Of a DNA stretch of 32,000 nucleotides, positions 1 to 10,495 are shown one piece after another. Each line of letters starts with the position of its first letter. Position 1 is the first letter of the stretch. The notes under the pieces were generated by a model. That model searched no databases. It saw nothing but the letters and a program-made list of their open reading frames with translations, and had not been told where the DNA came from. Source of the stretch: Synechocystis sp. PCC 6803 substr. PCC-P (lineage in GTDB: Bacteria; Cyanobacteriota; Cyanobacteriia; Cyanobacteriales; Microcystaceae). The DNA lies in NCBI RefSeq assembly GCF_000284455.1, contig NC_017039.1, positions 930,001 through 962,000 of the forward strand. The letters are read 5' to 3'. A program made the position numbers and the translations under genes.

Positions 1-140
1 GAGCAACTGCCCACAACCTTCGGATCGTTTTCCCAAACTTTGTTGGTCAGACCGTAAATAATTTTCTTTAGTCTAATTCTTTCGCGGTCACTCTCAATTT
101 TGTTGATAACATCGGGTAAGCATTCCGTGTTAAATTTCAT
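1..140 (-). CDS. N-terminal part of a hypothetical protein, running off the left edge
   Basis: Open reading frame on the minus strand from ATG at 140 down to position 1: MKFNTECLPDVINKIESDRERIRLKKIIYGLTNKVWENDPKVVGSC... No family recognised. Confidence 0.4.
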   Translation of the reverse strand, partial: MKFNTECLPDVINKIESDRERIRLKKIIYGLTNKVWENDPKVVGSC

Positions 141-402
141 GATAGTTAGCGAGTGTTAGGGAAAGAATTCTTGCTGACCAAGGCTAATGCAGCCAGTGGT
201 GTCGGAGGAAAAAGACAAAAGCACTTAAACTATTTTCAACGATTGTGCTGACTGCCAACAATAGTATGATAACAGGCCGACACCAACACCATAGTCTAGA
301 GATGATTGCCCCAATGGTATCTCCTGAAATCGCTCCCCGGATGTAAGTGGACGATGGCCGTTCAAAAAGTTCACTTCAACTTATTTGGTTTAACTAAAAC
401 AG

Positions 403-1098
403 TCAATTGGAACCAACAGCAGGCTCTCCTAGATGTTGGGCGAGAAGATGGCGACATTCTTCTACCGATCGCCGTTGGGCCAGGGCTTGTTGCAACTGAC
501 CATGGGCTTGGCGGTGTTGTTCCAGCAGGTTTTTAGCTTGGAGAAAAGCCCAACTTTCCTTTTGCTGTAGTTTAATTTCTGGCAGTCCTGCCCGACGAAA
601 AGCTTGGCGTAGCTGTTGGCGATCGCCGTTTCCTCCCTGGGATTCACCATAGATAATTTTTTCTGCGGCAATGCCCGCCATCCAAACCGTAGCCCAACGT
701 TCCAGAGCTTGGGGGCGGAGGTGCCAATCCCGACACTGATTTTCTAGATTGGTCGTATCAAATTGGATGCCCGCCATTCCCCCGGCTCCCTGGCGCAGAA
801 CTTCCCAGGGACTAAGACTGTAGTTAGTAATGGGAATTTGTAGGCAATGGGCCACCAGAAAATGCCCTGCTTCATGGCACAAAATTCTCTCTTTTTCCGC
901 TTTGGTTTGGAAGAGACCGACAAAAAAGTCTGTCCCCTTGCCCTGCCAACTAATTTGATCCGCTGTGATTATGCCCAAAATCCCTAAGGTCGCCGCTGCT
1001 GGAATAGCCGGAGAAAGGTGCACTATCGGCCCCACCAGGGCAGACATCATCATTAGGAAAATGGCGATCGCCACCAGATTTAAACGACTATCAGACAT
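403..1098 (-). CDS. Membrane-anchored FtsH-like (peptidase M41-type) metalloprotease domain protein lacking an AAA module
   Basis: 231 aa; hydrophobic N-terminus, zinc-binding HEAGHFLVAH, and downstream MAGIAAEKIIYGE...GGNGDRQQLRQA resembling the FtsH LAGRAAEE..G...ND segment. Confidence 0.75.
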   Translation of the reverse strand: MSDSRLNLVAIAIFLMMMSALVGPIVHLSPAIPAAATLGILGIITADQISWQGKGTDFFVGLFQTKAEKERILCHEAGHFLVAHCLQIPITNYSLSPWEVLRQGAGGMAGIQFDTTNLENQCRDWHLRPQALERWATVWMAGIAAEKIIYGESQGGNGDRQQLRQAFRRAGLPEIKLQQKESWAFLQAKNLLEQHRQAHGQLQQALAQRRSVEECRHLLAQHLGEPAVGSN

Positions 1099-1161
1099 GG
1101 TCAGGAAAAATAGCTCCAGTTAATCAACTTGGTCAGAGGCAGGGTCCATCAACGTGGGTAA

Positions 1162-1644
1162 TTAAAAGCGCACTTGGGAATAGGCCGCGTCGGAAATGGT
1201 GGGAATTTCTGCGTAGCGTCCCAGCACTGATTGAACAATGCCGAAAAATCCACAGGCTAAGGCCCCAAGGAAAGCAAAATTGTAGAGGGTTTCGGTAACT
1301 AGTCCCTGGCCAAACACTGGCTGGATCACGTAGGCAACGATTAAGCCAAACAAGGATAGGAGAATGCCAATTAGGATGGCTTGCATAGCATTGAAGCGGA
1401 TAAAGTGGGAGATATTGTTGTTTCTCACCACTGCCATAAACAGCACAATAAAGATGATAAAAGAGGCAAAGGGAAACTGATAATAGAATTGCAACAGGGG
1501 CATAATGGGCAAGTAAATTATCTGTAAAACAGGAAATTGTTGTAATAAAAATCCCCCAAACATGAATGCATCAATGAGGGGAATCACATAAATCAAAGCA
1601 CTGAAAAAACGATCTTTCCCGTCTGCCGTACTGTTAGATGCCAT
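1162..1644 (-). CDS. Tic20/Ycf60-like multi-pass membrane protein
   Basis: 160 aa, about four hydrophobic segments, DRFFSALIYVIPLIDAFMFGGFLLQQFP typical of the Tic20/Ycf60 family. Confidence 0.75.
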   Translation of the reverse strand: MASNSTADGKDRFFSALIYVIPLIDAFMFGGFLLQQFPVLQIIYLPIMPLLQFYYQFPFASFIIFIVLFMAVVRNNNISHFIRFNAMQAILIGILLSLFGLIVAYVIQPVFGQGLVTETLYNFAFLGALACGFFGIVQSVLGRYAEIPTISDAAYSQVRF

Positions 1645-1893
1645 AGAAAATTCCTTGTTGATTTAAAAAGAGTTACGCAGATTATGCCCTGATTTTAACC
1701 TGGGTTCGTCATGGCCCAGATTCGGTCTTCCCCCAGGCGATCGCCAAGGAAAAATTATTTTTCTGACCCGCTACCGTGGCGACAATGGTGGCCAGGTTGA
1801 TACTCCTCAGGTTGGTTAACAGCCTATCCAAAACTTGCTAGAGTGTTCATTGGCCAAAAATCCCATTAATTCTTTTATTATTACCGCTTTGCC

Positions 1894-2214
1894 ATGGTTA
1901 ACACCTACACCGCCGAAATCCAACACCAGGGTCAGACCTATACCATCTCCGTTCCCGAGGATAAAACGGTGCTCCAAGCGGCGGATGATGAGGGGATACA
2001 ACTACCTACTTCCTGTGGCGCTGGGGTTTGCACTACCTGTGCGGCGTTAATCACCGAAGGCACAGCGGAGCAGGCTGACGGCATGGGAGTTTCAGCGGAA
2101 CTACAGGCTGAGGGATATGCTCTACTTTGTGTAGCCTATCCCCGCTCAGATTTGAAAATTATCACCGAAAAAGAAGACGAAGTTTATCAGCGGCAGTTCG
2201 GCGGCCAAGGTTAG
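1894..2214 (+). CDS. Plant-type [2Fe-2S] ferredoxin
   Basis: 106 aa; cluster motif CGAGVCTTCAALI plus distal LLCVAYP supplies the four cysteines; starts ATGGTTAACACC. Confidence 0.92.
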   Translation: MVNTYTAEIQHQGQTYTISVPEDKTVLQAADDEGIQLPTSCGAGVCTTCAALITEGTAEQADGMGVSAELQAEGYALLCVAYPRSDLKIITEKEDEVYQRQFGGQG

Positions 2215-2325
2215 ATTCGGCTGGAATTCTCCCTTCCCATGACAAATCTTCCAGAGCAACACTTGCCACCCCAAAAAGCTGAGCCATAATTCAGGTAGCG
2301 GCCAGTAGTAAGGTGGATTTTGACC

Positions 2326-3318
2326 ATGGAATCGACAAATAAAACCTGGACAGAACTCATGACTCCCCTCAGTCAGTTTTGGCTGGAGTCCAGTAGCCAG
2401 GCTTGGAAGAATTGGTTTGACCTCATGGCCAAGGGCGGGGCCGGCGCCATGATGGGCTCGGCTCCCCAGTCCTTTGAGTCTTTGCCCCAACAGTTCCTCC
2501 AATCCCAGCAGTTTTATGGAGAGTTACTTAAGCTTTCTTTTGAAGCTTGGCAAAGCCTGTGGCCTAAATTGGATAATGGTTCGGCGCCAGGGGCAGTGCA
2601 GGGCTACCTAAAACAGCTACAAACCCAAATTGAGCAATATACCGCCACCACCCAAGCTCTCCAAGGGGACATGGATGGTTTATGGCAGTGTTACATCAAG
2701 GAAGTACAAAGATTTTCCCAACTCTGGCTCTCCACCTGGCAGAGTAGCGTCGCCCCCCTGGGCAAATTACCCACCGGGGACATCCATGCTTGGTTAGATT
2801 TAAATAATCTCTACGGCGATGCCCTCTACAACAAAAACCTGAGCAGTTTTATGCGATCGCCTTTGCTGGGGCCCAGTCGGGAAATGAATGGCAAATTATT
2901 GCGGGCCTTTGACGATTGGGTTAAGTTATCCCAGGCCATGGCAGACTATCAATTACTGGAAGCAGATATTCAATACCGGGGCTTTGCTGCTTTGATGGAA
3001 GATTTACTGGCCCGGGCTAAGGAAGATAAACCCGTTAAAACCTGGAAGGAATTTCAACAACGGTGGGCGATCGCCGCTGACCAAGTGTTTGAAGAAGCTT
3101 TTTGTGAGGAAAAAAATCTGAAAGTACGGGGCAAATTCATCAATGCCTTGAATCGTTATCGCATTCAGCAACAGGAGATTCTAGAAGCATGGTTAAAAAT
3201 GCTGAACCTCCCTACCCGCTCAGAGGTGGATGAAATTCATCAAACCATTTATCAGTTGCGGAAAGAAGTTAAAAGTTTGAAAAAACGATTGGGAGAAACA
3301 GAAGCAAACCCAGGCTAA
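2326..3318 (+). CDS. phaE: PHA synthase subunit PhaE (class III)
   Basis: ORF called from TTG at 2320; first ATG is at 2326 (MESTNKTWTELM). PhaE-like sequence directly upstream of phaC. Confidence 0.85.
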   Translation: MESTNKTWTELMTPLSQFWLESSSQAWKNWFDLMAKGGAGAMMGSAPQSFESLPQQFLQSQQFYGELLKLSFEAWQSLWPKLDNGSAPGAVQGYLKQLQTQIEQYTATTQALQGDMDGLWQCYIKEVQRFSQLWLSTWQSSVAPLGKLPTGDIHAWLDLNNLYGDALYNKNLSSFMRSPLLGPSREMNGKLLRAFDDWVKLSQAMADYQLLEADIQYRGFAALMEDLLARAKEDKPVKTWKEFQQRWAIAADQVFEEAFCEEKNLKVRGKFINALNRYRIQQQEILEAWLKMLNLPTRSEVDEIHQTIYQLRKEVKSLKKRLGETEANPG

Positions 3319-3411
3319 AAGTTACTTTATTGGATTTAGTCCCATTGCATTTCGAGCTTTTGGATTCTGGACATTTTTGTTCAGATCCGATGGATAGTTA
3401 ATTCACCATCA

Positions 3412-4548
3412 ATGTTTTTACTATTTTTTATCGTTCATTGGTTAAAAATTATGTTGCCTTTTTTTGCTCAGGTGGGGTTAGAAGAAAATCTCCATGAAAC
3501 CCTAGATTTTACTGAAAAATTTCTCTCTGGCTTGGAAAATTTGCAGGGTTTGAATGAAGATGACATCCAGGTGGGCTTTACCCCCAAAGAAGCAGTTTAC
3601 CAGGAAGATAAGGTTATTCTTTACCGTTTCCAACCGGTGGTGGAAAATCCCTTACCTATCCCGGTTTTAATTGTTTACGCCCTGGTAAATCGCCCCTACA
3701 TGGTGGATTTGCAGGAAGGACGCTCCCTGGTGGCCAACCTCCTCAAACTGGGTTTGGACGTGTATTTAATTGATTGGGGTTATCCCTCCCGGGGCGATCG
3801 TTGGTTGACCCTAGAAGATTATTTGTCTGGATATTTGAACAACTGTGTCGATATTATTTGTCAACGCTCCCAGCAAGAAAAAATTACGTTGTTAGGAGTT
3901 TGTCAGGGGGGCACATTTAGCCTGTGTTACGCTTCTCTATTCCCGGATAAGGTTAAAAATTTGGTGGTGATGGTGGCTCCGGTGGACTTTGAACAACCCG
4001 GTACTTTATTGAACGCCCGGGGAGGCTGTACCTTGGGAGCCGAAGCAGTAGATATTGACTTAATGGTGGATGCCATGGGCAATATTCCAGGGGATTATCT
4101 TAACCTAGAATTTCTCATGCTTAAACCCCTGCAATTAGGTTACCAAAAGTATCTTGATGTGCCCGATATTATGGGGGATGAAGCGAAATTGTTAAACTTT
4201 CTACGCATGGAAAAATGGATTTTTGATAGTCCCGATCAAGCGGGGGAAACTTACCGTCAATTCCTCAAGGATTTTTATCAACAAAATAAATTGATCAAAG
4301 GGGAAGTGATGATTGGCGATCGCCTGGTGGATCTGCATAATTTGACCATGCCCATATTGAATTTATATGCGGAAAAAGACCACTTGGTGGCCCCTGCTTC
4401 TTCCCTAGCTTTGGGGGACTATTTGCCGGAAAACTGTGACTACACCGTCCAATCTTTCCCCGTGGGTCATATTGGCATGTATGTCAGTGGTAAAGTACAA
4501 CGGGATCTGCCCCCGGCGATCGCCCATTGGCTATCGGAACGACAGTGA
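3412..4548 (+). CDS. phaC: Class III poly(3-hydroxyalkanoate) synthase subunit PhaC
   Basis: 378 aa; lipase-like box GVCQGG, YLIDWGYPSRGDRWLTLEDY, and C-terminal GHIGMYV. Confidence 0.93.
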   Translation: MFLLFFIVHWLKIMLPFFAQVGLEENLHETLDFTEKFLSGLENLQGLNEDDIQVGFTPKEAVYQEDKVILYRFQPVVENPLPIPVLIVYALVNRPYMVDLQEGRSLVANLLKLGLDVYLIDWGYPSRGDRWLTLEDYLSGYLNNCVDIICQRSQQEKITLLGVCQGGTFSLCYASLFPDKVKNLVVMVAPVDFEQPGTLLNARGGCTLGAEAVDIDLMVDAMGNIPGDYLNLEFLMLKPLQLGYQKYLDVPDIMGDEAKLLNFLRMEKWIFDSPDQAGETYRQFLKDFYQQNKLIKGEVMIGDRLVDLHNLTMPILNLYAEKDHLVAPASSLALGDYLPENCDYTVQSFPVGHIGMYVSGKVQRDLPPAIAHWLSERQ

Positions 4549-4578
4549 AAATTTTGCTGGAATACATTAGGGCAACAC

Positions 4579-4962
4579 TCAGGACTCATCTAGTGCTTTA
4601 ACTGATACATCCACCGCTTGTACGTCAATAGTTCCAGGGGGAGTGGGGCGGGTAAATTGTCCATTGCTCACTTCCAACTCTTCCCCGCAACTGGGGCATC
4701 GGCATGGCTGACCGTCAAAACCAGTGAAGTGATACTGACAAACGGGACACTCCCCATCCACCAATTTTCTCTTCAGCCACCAGCGGAATACCAAAAAGCC
4801 CACCGTTGGTGCCAGAAACAATAGCAAAATCAACAGAGCAATGCCATTGACAACCCATTTCAGACCAATGGCACTGAGGAGCATGGCCACGGCAAGGACA
4901 GTCAAGCCACAGCCCAGGCCTGATTGGTTGACGGTAACAAATTTGGGGGAAAAGTTGTTCAC
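4579..4962 (-). CDS. Small membrane protein with C-terminal zinc ribbon
   Basis: 127 aa; two hydrophobic segments followed by CPVCQYHFTGFDGQPCRCPSCGEELEV. Confidence 0.75.
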   Translation of the reverse strand: MNNFSPKFVTVNQSGLGCGLTVLAVAMLLSAIGLKWVVNGIALLILLLFLAPTVGFLVFRWWLKRKLVDGECPVCQYHFTGFDGQPCRCPSCGEELEVSNGQFTRPTPPGTIDVQAVDVSVKALDES

Positions 4963-5089
4963 AGATGGCTCCTACCAACAGCATTACCGCTGGGATCACT
5001 ATTTTCCATCCTAGTCCATTAGCTCCGCAGTTGGAATACCAAGGTATCCTCCCCTGGGCTAAAGGTTTTGAACAGGTCGCACACCATGC

Positions 5090-5491
5090 CTATCCCATTA
5101 AAATCACGTTGTCAATCACATGGATAATGCCGTTGTCCGCTTCGATATCGGGGATGATTACCGTGGCATTTTTCACTTCAAACCCCTCCGTACAGTCGAT
5201 GGCGATCGGGGAGCCCTCTACTGAATCAACAGTTGATAGGCGACATAAATCAGCTTGGGTAAACTTCCCGGCAACCACGTGGTAGGTTAAAATCCGAGCC
5301 AATTGGGGAATATTTTGTACCAGGGTGGTAATGGTACCGGGGGGGAGTTTGGCAAAGGCCGTATCCGTGGGAGCGAAAACCGTAAAGGGCCCAGGGCTTT
5401 GCAACACGTCAACCAAATTGGCCGCAGTGACAGCGGTCACCAAGGTGGAGAATCGCTCGTCAGACACCGCAATTTCAACAATGTTAGGCAT
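5090..5491 (-). CDS. cupS: Fasciclin (FAS1) domain protein, CupS-like subunit of the CO2-uptake NDH-1 complex
   Basis: 133 aa; FAS1 hallmarks [43 protein letters not shown]; immediately downstream of cupA. Confidence 0.9.
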   Translation of the reverse strand: MPNIVEIAVSDERFSTLVTAVTAANLVDVLQSPGPFTVFAPTDTAFAKLPPGTITTLVQNIPQLARILTYHVVAGKFTQADLCRLSTVDSVEGSPIAIDCTEGFEVKNATVIIPDIEADNGIIHVIDNVILMG

Positions 5492-5663
5492 GGATTTAAT
5501 TGAATTAGTCAGTCAAACGGAAGGGAAGCTGTCAAAAAACTGATTCTAGTAATCGTTATGACTAGTCGGGCTAAGTTTAAGACGACGGCAATGACAAAGG
5601 ATTTATAGACAATTCATCTTAATCTAAATGTTCGTCACCATTTTGACTAGACCAGCTATCAAA

Positions 5664-6959
5664 TTAACGATAACTATCGCTTTGAATATCTTTCAAGCGG
5701 GCTTCAGGACGAAGAAATCGGTCTATTTGAGCTTCAAAAAATTGCCGATTCTTAGCCAAATGCCGGGGGTTCGGATCATCTAGGGGATATAACAATGCCG
5801 TCCGCAAAGCCTGGATGACTGCTGAGGTAACATTGTACATTGAGCGCTGGAAAGTGATCCCCAACTGCACCAACATATCGTCCTCACCCCGGCAATGTTT
5901 TTGATAATACTCGATTAAATATGGTGGCAAAAAGTGCAACATATCATCCATCAACAGCGTGGGGGGAATGCCCGCAGTACCAACGGGGAATACATCGGCA
6001 TACAAAATACCATAGTGAAAATCCTTTTGTTCTTCCGGCACCTGTTTGGCCTGGGCATTATAGGATTTGGTCCCCCGGAATGGTGCAGTGCGGTAAAAAA
6101 CAGCTTCCACATAGGGTAGTGCCGCTTCATAAAGCCAGGTAAAACCCTTAGATTTGGGAATAATTTCTAAACATTCGCCATCAATATAAACATGGTGATA
6201 AATGGGGCGGCCAGCAATGGCAAAAATACCGTTAACTAAGAAGTTCATGGCATCAGGAACTCCTTTAAAACCGCCCTCATCGTAAATGTCGGACATTTCA
6301 AAAAATACGGGGGCCATTACTTCCCAAAAAAGCCCCAAATTTGAGTAGTAGGATAGTTCTCTGACCTGTTCTAAAAATAAATCAGGGAAAAGTTTATATA
6401 ACGCCAACATCGGGGGATTGCCCTTAAAGTAAGCTCGAATCGCTTTATCTGCGTTGGCTTTATATTCGTCACTATCTAGGTAGGTATCAAATTTACCCAT
6501 GCCCATGTCCCGGCCATGCCATAGCATTGCTTGCATGCATGCCTCTGCAAACTCCATGTTGATGCGGTCATGCCAGAGGTGATGGAACAGTTTAGGCATT
6601 TTGGTGGTGTTGCCTTTTTCCATAAACTCCAGCAACTCAGGGTGGGCAGAAGCCTCTCCCCGCCAGATTCTCAGATCAGCAGTTTCGCCAGCATAGTGGT
6701 TGGCAAGATCTAAATATTCCTGGGGCAGAAAATATTTAAAGAAACGCAAGGGATTGAGAAATACCCGTTCCGCAATGTAGAGCAGATCCCGCCAGTAAAA
6801 ATCCATGGGCACAGCATAGGCTTTGTAAATACCTATGATCTGCATCAAGTTTTCCGGAGTGTCCGGCAACATGGAGCCACCGGCTTCGAGGCGATGGATA
6901 ACGTCGGCAAAAGGATGGGTGGAGGGGGGTAAGGTAGCTTTTGGGGTCAGGGTAGTCAT
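5664..6959 (-). CDS. cupA: CO2 hydration protein CupA (ChpY-type)
   Basis: 431 aa protein downstream of ndhD3; recognised sequence (CO2 hydration family) and conserved operon order. Confidence 0.93.
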   Translation of the reverse strand: MTTLTPKATLPPSTHPFADVIHRLEAGGSMLPDTPENLMQIIGIYKAYAVPMDFYWRDLLYIAERVFLNPLRFFKYFLPQEYLDLANHYAGETADLRIWRGEASAHPELLEFMEKGNTTKMPKLFHHLWHDRINMEFAEACMQAMLWHGRDMGMGKFDTYLDSDEYKANADKAIRAYFKGNPPMLALYKLFPDLFLEQVRELSYYSNLGLFWEVMAPVFFEMSDIYDEGGFKGVPDAMNFLVNGIFAIAGRPIYHHVYIDGECLEIIPKSKGFTWLYEAALPYVEAVFYRTAPFRGTKSYNAQAKQVPEEQKDFHYGILYADVFPVGTAGIPPTLLMDDMLHFLPPYLIEYYQKHCRGEDDMLVQLGITFQRSMYNVTSAVIQALRTALLYPLDDPNPRHLAKNRQFFEAQIDRFLRPEARLKDIQSDSYR

Positions 6960-7022
6960 TTAAGATTCACCGGGAAAAATAAACTGCACTAAATGCAATG
7001 GACAATGGCAACGGCGTTAGAG

Positions 7023-8531
7023 TTATGGCAAGGTCACCCCTTGGGCTAATTGCTCAATGGCGGAGGTTTCATGGGGTAACTGGGCAATCATTTCATTGGT
7101 GGTGGTTTGTGTCCAATGTACTAAGTAGTTGGGCTGAACACCGAGGAAGAAAATAATGGCGGTCAGTACCAGGGCTGGGATCATTTCCGAGGCTAATACT
7201 TTCGGATAGTAGGCTCTTTGATTATCGAGTTTGCCAAAGCAGGTGCGGTTTAAAAGAATGACAAAATAAACTGCTGTTAGACCGGAAGCCAGAATGCAAA
7301 GTAGAGTCGGAATGGGAAAAGTGGGAAAACTACCTTGGAAAACGATGAACTCCGCTGCAAAACCCACCAAACCAGGAATGCCAGCGCTGGCCATGCCCCC
7401 GGTAATTAATAGGGCACTGGTTAGGGGCAAACCCCGAATGGGATTCATCAAACCATTCAATACATCCAGGTCGCGGGTGCCAGCTTTCCGTTCGACGATG
7501 CCCACCAGATGGAACAGCAGAGCCAGAATTAGACCGTGGCTAACCATTTGGGCCACTGCCCCTAAAACACTCAGCTCGGTACCGGCGGCGGCGGCCACTA
7601 GGATGTATCCCATGTGGCCAATGGAGCTATAGGCCACCATCCGTTTGATATCTTTTTGGGCGATCGCCGAGAGGGCTCCGTATAGTACAGTAACTGTACC
7701 AATAATAGCTAACACCGGGGCAAACTGGGCCCAGGTTTGGGGAAATAGTTGCAGACCAAAGCGGATAATACCGTAGGTTCCTAGTTTGGCCAAAATGCCT
7801 CCCAATAGAATGGCCGTGGCTGGGGAAGCTTCCGTGTAGGCATCGGGTAACCAAGTGTGTAGGGGAACCAGGGGAATCTTGATGCCAAAACCCAACAAAA
7901 TCAGAATCAACAGAATGGTTTGGGCTGACTCGGTAAAGGTCTGGGTAATTTCTGGATTGTAATCAAAGGAATGGCTACCACTTAGTAAACTCATGCCGAG
8001 AAAGGCTGCTAACACCAACAAACCAGAAAAGGCAGTGTAGAGCAGAAACTTCATGGAGGCATAACCCCGTTTTTCCCCACCCCAAATGGCAATCATTAAG
8101 TAGAAGGGAATTAATTCTAGTTCGTAGAAGACGATGAATAGAAGTAGATTTTGGGCTAATAGGGCACCGGAAATACCGGCATTAATTAGCAAGATCAACC
8201 CATAGTAAAGTCTTGATCTGTTCACGTTAGGCCCAATGCTATAAATCGCCACCCCTGTCAACAGGTTATTAAGAATTACGAGGGGCAGAGATAATCCATC
8301 AATGGCAAGGCTATAGTTCAAACCAAGCTGGGGAATCCAAGGCAAATACTCCTGGAATTGAAACTGGGGGTCTGTAACATCAAATTTAAACAACACTAGC
8401 AATGACCACACCAGGGTCAAAACAGCGAATACTTCGGTGATTTGTCTAAGTTGTTTGGCTGGTATGTTGCCCGGAAAAAAGCCAATAATCAAAGCTCCGA
8501 TAACTGGCAGGATTAAGAGCAGGCTAAGCAT
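7023..8531 (-). CDS. ndhD3: NAD(P)H dehydrogenase-like subunit NdhD3
   Basis: 502 aa; NuoM/NdhD features including GINGLSLPL-like AIDGLSLPLVILN, FYELELIPFYLMIAIWGG, KIPLVPLHTWLPDAYTEAS. Confidence 0.95.
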   Translation of the reverse strand: MLSLLLILPVIGALIIGFFPGNIPAKQLRQITEVFAVLTLVWSLLVLFKFDVTDPQFQFQEYLPWIPQLGLNYSLAIDGLSLPLVILNNLLTGVAIYSIGPNVNRSRLYYGLILLINAGISGALLAQNLLLFIVFYELELIPFYLMIAIWGGEKRGYASMKFLLYTAFSGLLVLAAFLGMSLLSGSHSFDYNPEITQTFTESAQTILLILILLGFGIKIPLVPLHTWLPDAYTEASPATAILLGGILAKLGTYGIIRFGLQLFPQTWAQFAPVLAIIGTVTVLYGALSAIAQKDIKRMVAYSSIGHMGYILVAAAAGTELSVLGAVAQMVSHGLILALLFHLVGIVERKAGTRDLDVLNGLMNPIRGLPLTSALLITGGMASAGIPGLVGFAAEFIVFQGSFPTFPIPTLLCILASGLTAVYFVILLNRTCFGKLDNQRAYYPKVLASEMIPALVLTAIIFFLGVQPNYLVHWTQTTTNEMIAQLPHETSAIEQLAQGVTLP

Positions 8532-8647
8532 GGCAAAAAGAGGTGATAAGTCAGTTGGATGAAGGTAAATCTTGCCAATGGAAAATCAAATTTGAACAGA
8601 TTGCATTCATTGGCCTTGGCTTGCAGTTGATTTTCCTGGTCTTGGGC

Positions 8648-10495
8648 TTAAAATGCTTGGCCAAGCAAAGAATAGCTAAGAAAGGCGCCAATTAAAGTCA
8701 GGCCTAGGACAATGGAAAGAACGTAAAATTGCGTCTGACCAGAAACGTTATATTTCAAACTCTGACCACTAAAAATTGTTACAATCCCAATTAAATTAAT
8801 CACTCCGTCCACAAAGGTTTTATCAAACCAGTTAATTAAGCGAGAAATTGAATCAATGACGGCGACAATAGTGAGTTTGTAGAACTTATCTGTATACAAG
8901 TCATAGGCAAAAAAGTTTTGTACTACAGGCAAAGGTAAGTCAATTGGTTTAGTGATTTTAGGATTGAGGTAAATAAAGGCTGAGCTTCCCACACCCAGTA
9001 AGCTAGACGCAATGAGGACTGAGCTTAAGCCCCAATTAATGTCGGCAAAATCAGGTAATAAATTTCCTTGCTTTAGGATTAGGGACAGATGTAGAGCAAA
9101 ACCTACTGTCACAACCATGGGCAACACCAATGCCCACAATCCCTCTGGCGATCGGACGGTCATCGGCTTAGCTTCACCACCAAAAATCAAACAAAATCCA
9201 CGGGTTACATTGAAAGCAGTGAGCAGGTTCACCACTAGTAATACCCCGACTAGCAAAGGGGATGTAGCTGATAGATTTTCTGCCAGTTTTAGCCAAGCCC
9301 AAAAAGTCCCAAAGGGAGGTAGGGCAATAAGGGATGCAACCCCTACCAGATAACTCAAACCAGAAATTGGACGACGGCTCCAAAGACCACCGTATTGGGT
9401 CAAATCCTGGGTCACATTGTTGAGAATAATGCCCCCCACACACATCACCAGAATTGCCATGGCAAAGGTGTAAGTAAAAATCAGTTGTAGAGCTGTTTCC
9501 CCTTGACCAGTACCCACGGCAATAAACACTAGGCCCATGTAAGCACTAACTACATAGGAAAGGAAGCGCTTAATATCTATTTGGGCGATCGCAATTAAAG
9601 AAGCACCGATCGCCGTTACGGAACCGATAGCAATCATGACAGTCAAAGCCACAGGAGAAAGGGCCAGAATCGGTTGTACCTTTACCAAAACCCACGCTCC
9701 CGTTGCAACCACCAATGTATTCCTTAGAATAGTGGCGGGAATTGGACCTTCCATGGCTTCATCCAACCAGAGATGGAGAGGAAATTGAGCGCATTTAGCC
9801 AAAGGTCCAGCAATTAAGGCCAAACAAAGCAGGGTGGCAGCGGTGGGATTTAAGTCTGCACTAGCAGCCCATTGGGCCAAATCATCATAATTCCAACTTC
9901 CAGCCAAAGGCAGGAGGGCAACTACCCCCATTAACAAAATTAAATCTCCAACCCGTTTAGTTAAAAACGCATCCCTAGCCCCGGTCACCACTAGGGATTG
10001 ATTGAACCAATAGCCAATGAGAAGATAAGTACCTAGGGTTAAAATTTCCAGGACAACGTAGCTGAAAAACAGGGAGTTACACAACACTAAAGTGCATAAT
10101 CCCGCCTCAAACAGAGCCATTAGGGAAAAAAATCTGGCCCAGCCCCAATCCCTTTCTAGATATCCGATGGCATAAATCTGTGCCCCCAAATTTAACCCAG
10201 TAATCAAAACCAGGGCGGCGATGTTAACAGTGGATATTTTTAAATCAAAGTTAATTTCTAAGTCAGCGGCATGTAGCCAGGGGAAGGAAAGATCGATGGC
10301 GGGTTGCTGCCAAATATGTATAAGCACCAACAGACTATGCAAAAATGCAACAAAAGTCATTAATGTGCTTATATAGCCTGCCGGCCTTGGCCCCGTTTGT
10401 CGAGTTAAGCCCGGTGACCAGGGGACCGCTAACAGGGCACCCAAAAGAGCGTAGCAAGGTACTAGCCAGATAATTCGACTTAAACTTTCTAACAT
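8648..10495 (-). CDS. ndhF3: NAD(P)H dehydrogenase-like subunit NdhF3
   Basis: NuoL/NdhF features (CAQFPLHLWLDEAMEGPIPATILRNTLVVATG). ORF track starts at 10543, but the first ATG is at 10495 (MLESLSRIIW). Confidence 0.93.
   Translation of the reverse strand: MLESLSRIIWLVPCYALLGALLAVPWSPGLTRQTGPRPAGYISTLMTFVAFLHSLLVLIHIWQQPAIDLSFPWLHAADLEINFDLKISTVNIAALVLITGLNLGAQIYAIGYLERDWGWARFFSLMALFEAGLCTLVLCNSLFFSYVVLEILTLGTYLLIGYWFNQSLVVTGARDAFLTKRVGDLILLMGVVALLPLAGSWNYDDLAQWAASADLNPTAATLLCLALIAGPLAKCAQFPLHLWLDEAMEGPIPATILRNTLVVATGAWVLVKVQPILALSPVALTVMIAIGSVTAIGASLIAIAQIDIKRFLSYVVSAYMGLVFIAVGTGQGETALQLIFTYTFAMAILVMCVGGIILNNVTQDLTQYGGLWSRRPISGLSYLVGVASLIALPPFGTFWAWLKLAENLSATSPLLVGVLLVVNLLTAFNVTRGFCLIFGGEAKPMTVRSPEGLWALVLPMVVTVGFALHLSLILKQGNLLPDFADINWGLSSVLIASSLLGVGSSAFIYLNPKITKPIDLPLPVVQNFFAYDLYTDKFYKLTIVAVIDSISRLINWFDKTFVDGVINLIGIVTIFSGQSLKYNVSGQTQFYVLSIVLGLTLIGAFLSYSLLGQAF

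Noticed and set aside
306-671. Small ORFs near 306..536 and 462..671
   Set aside because: The part overlapping 403-1098 lies opposite the FtsH-like peptidase gene; the remainder has no recognisable family or ribosome binding site.
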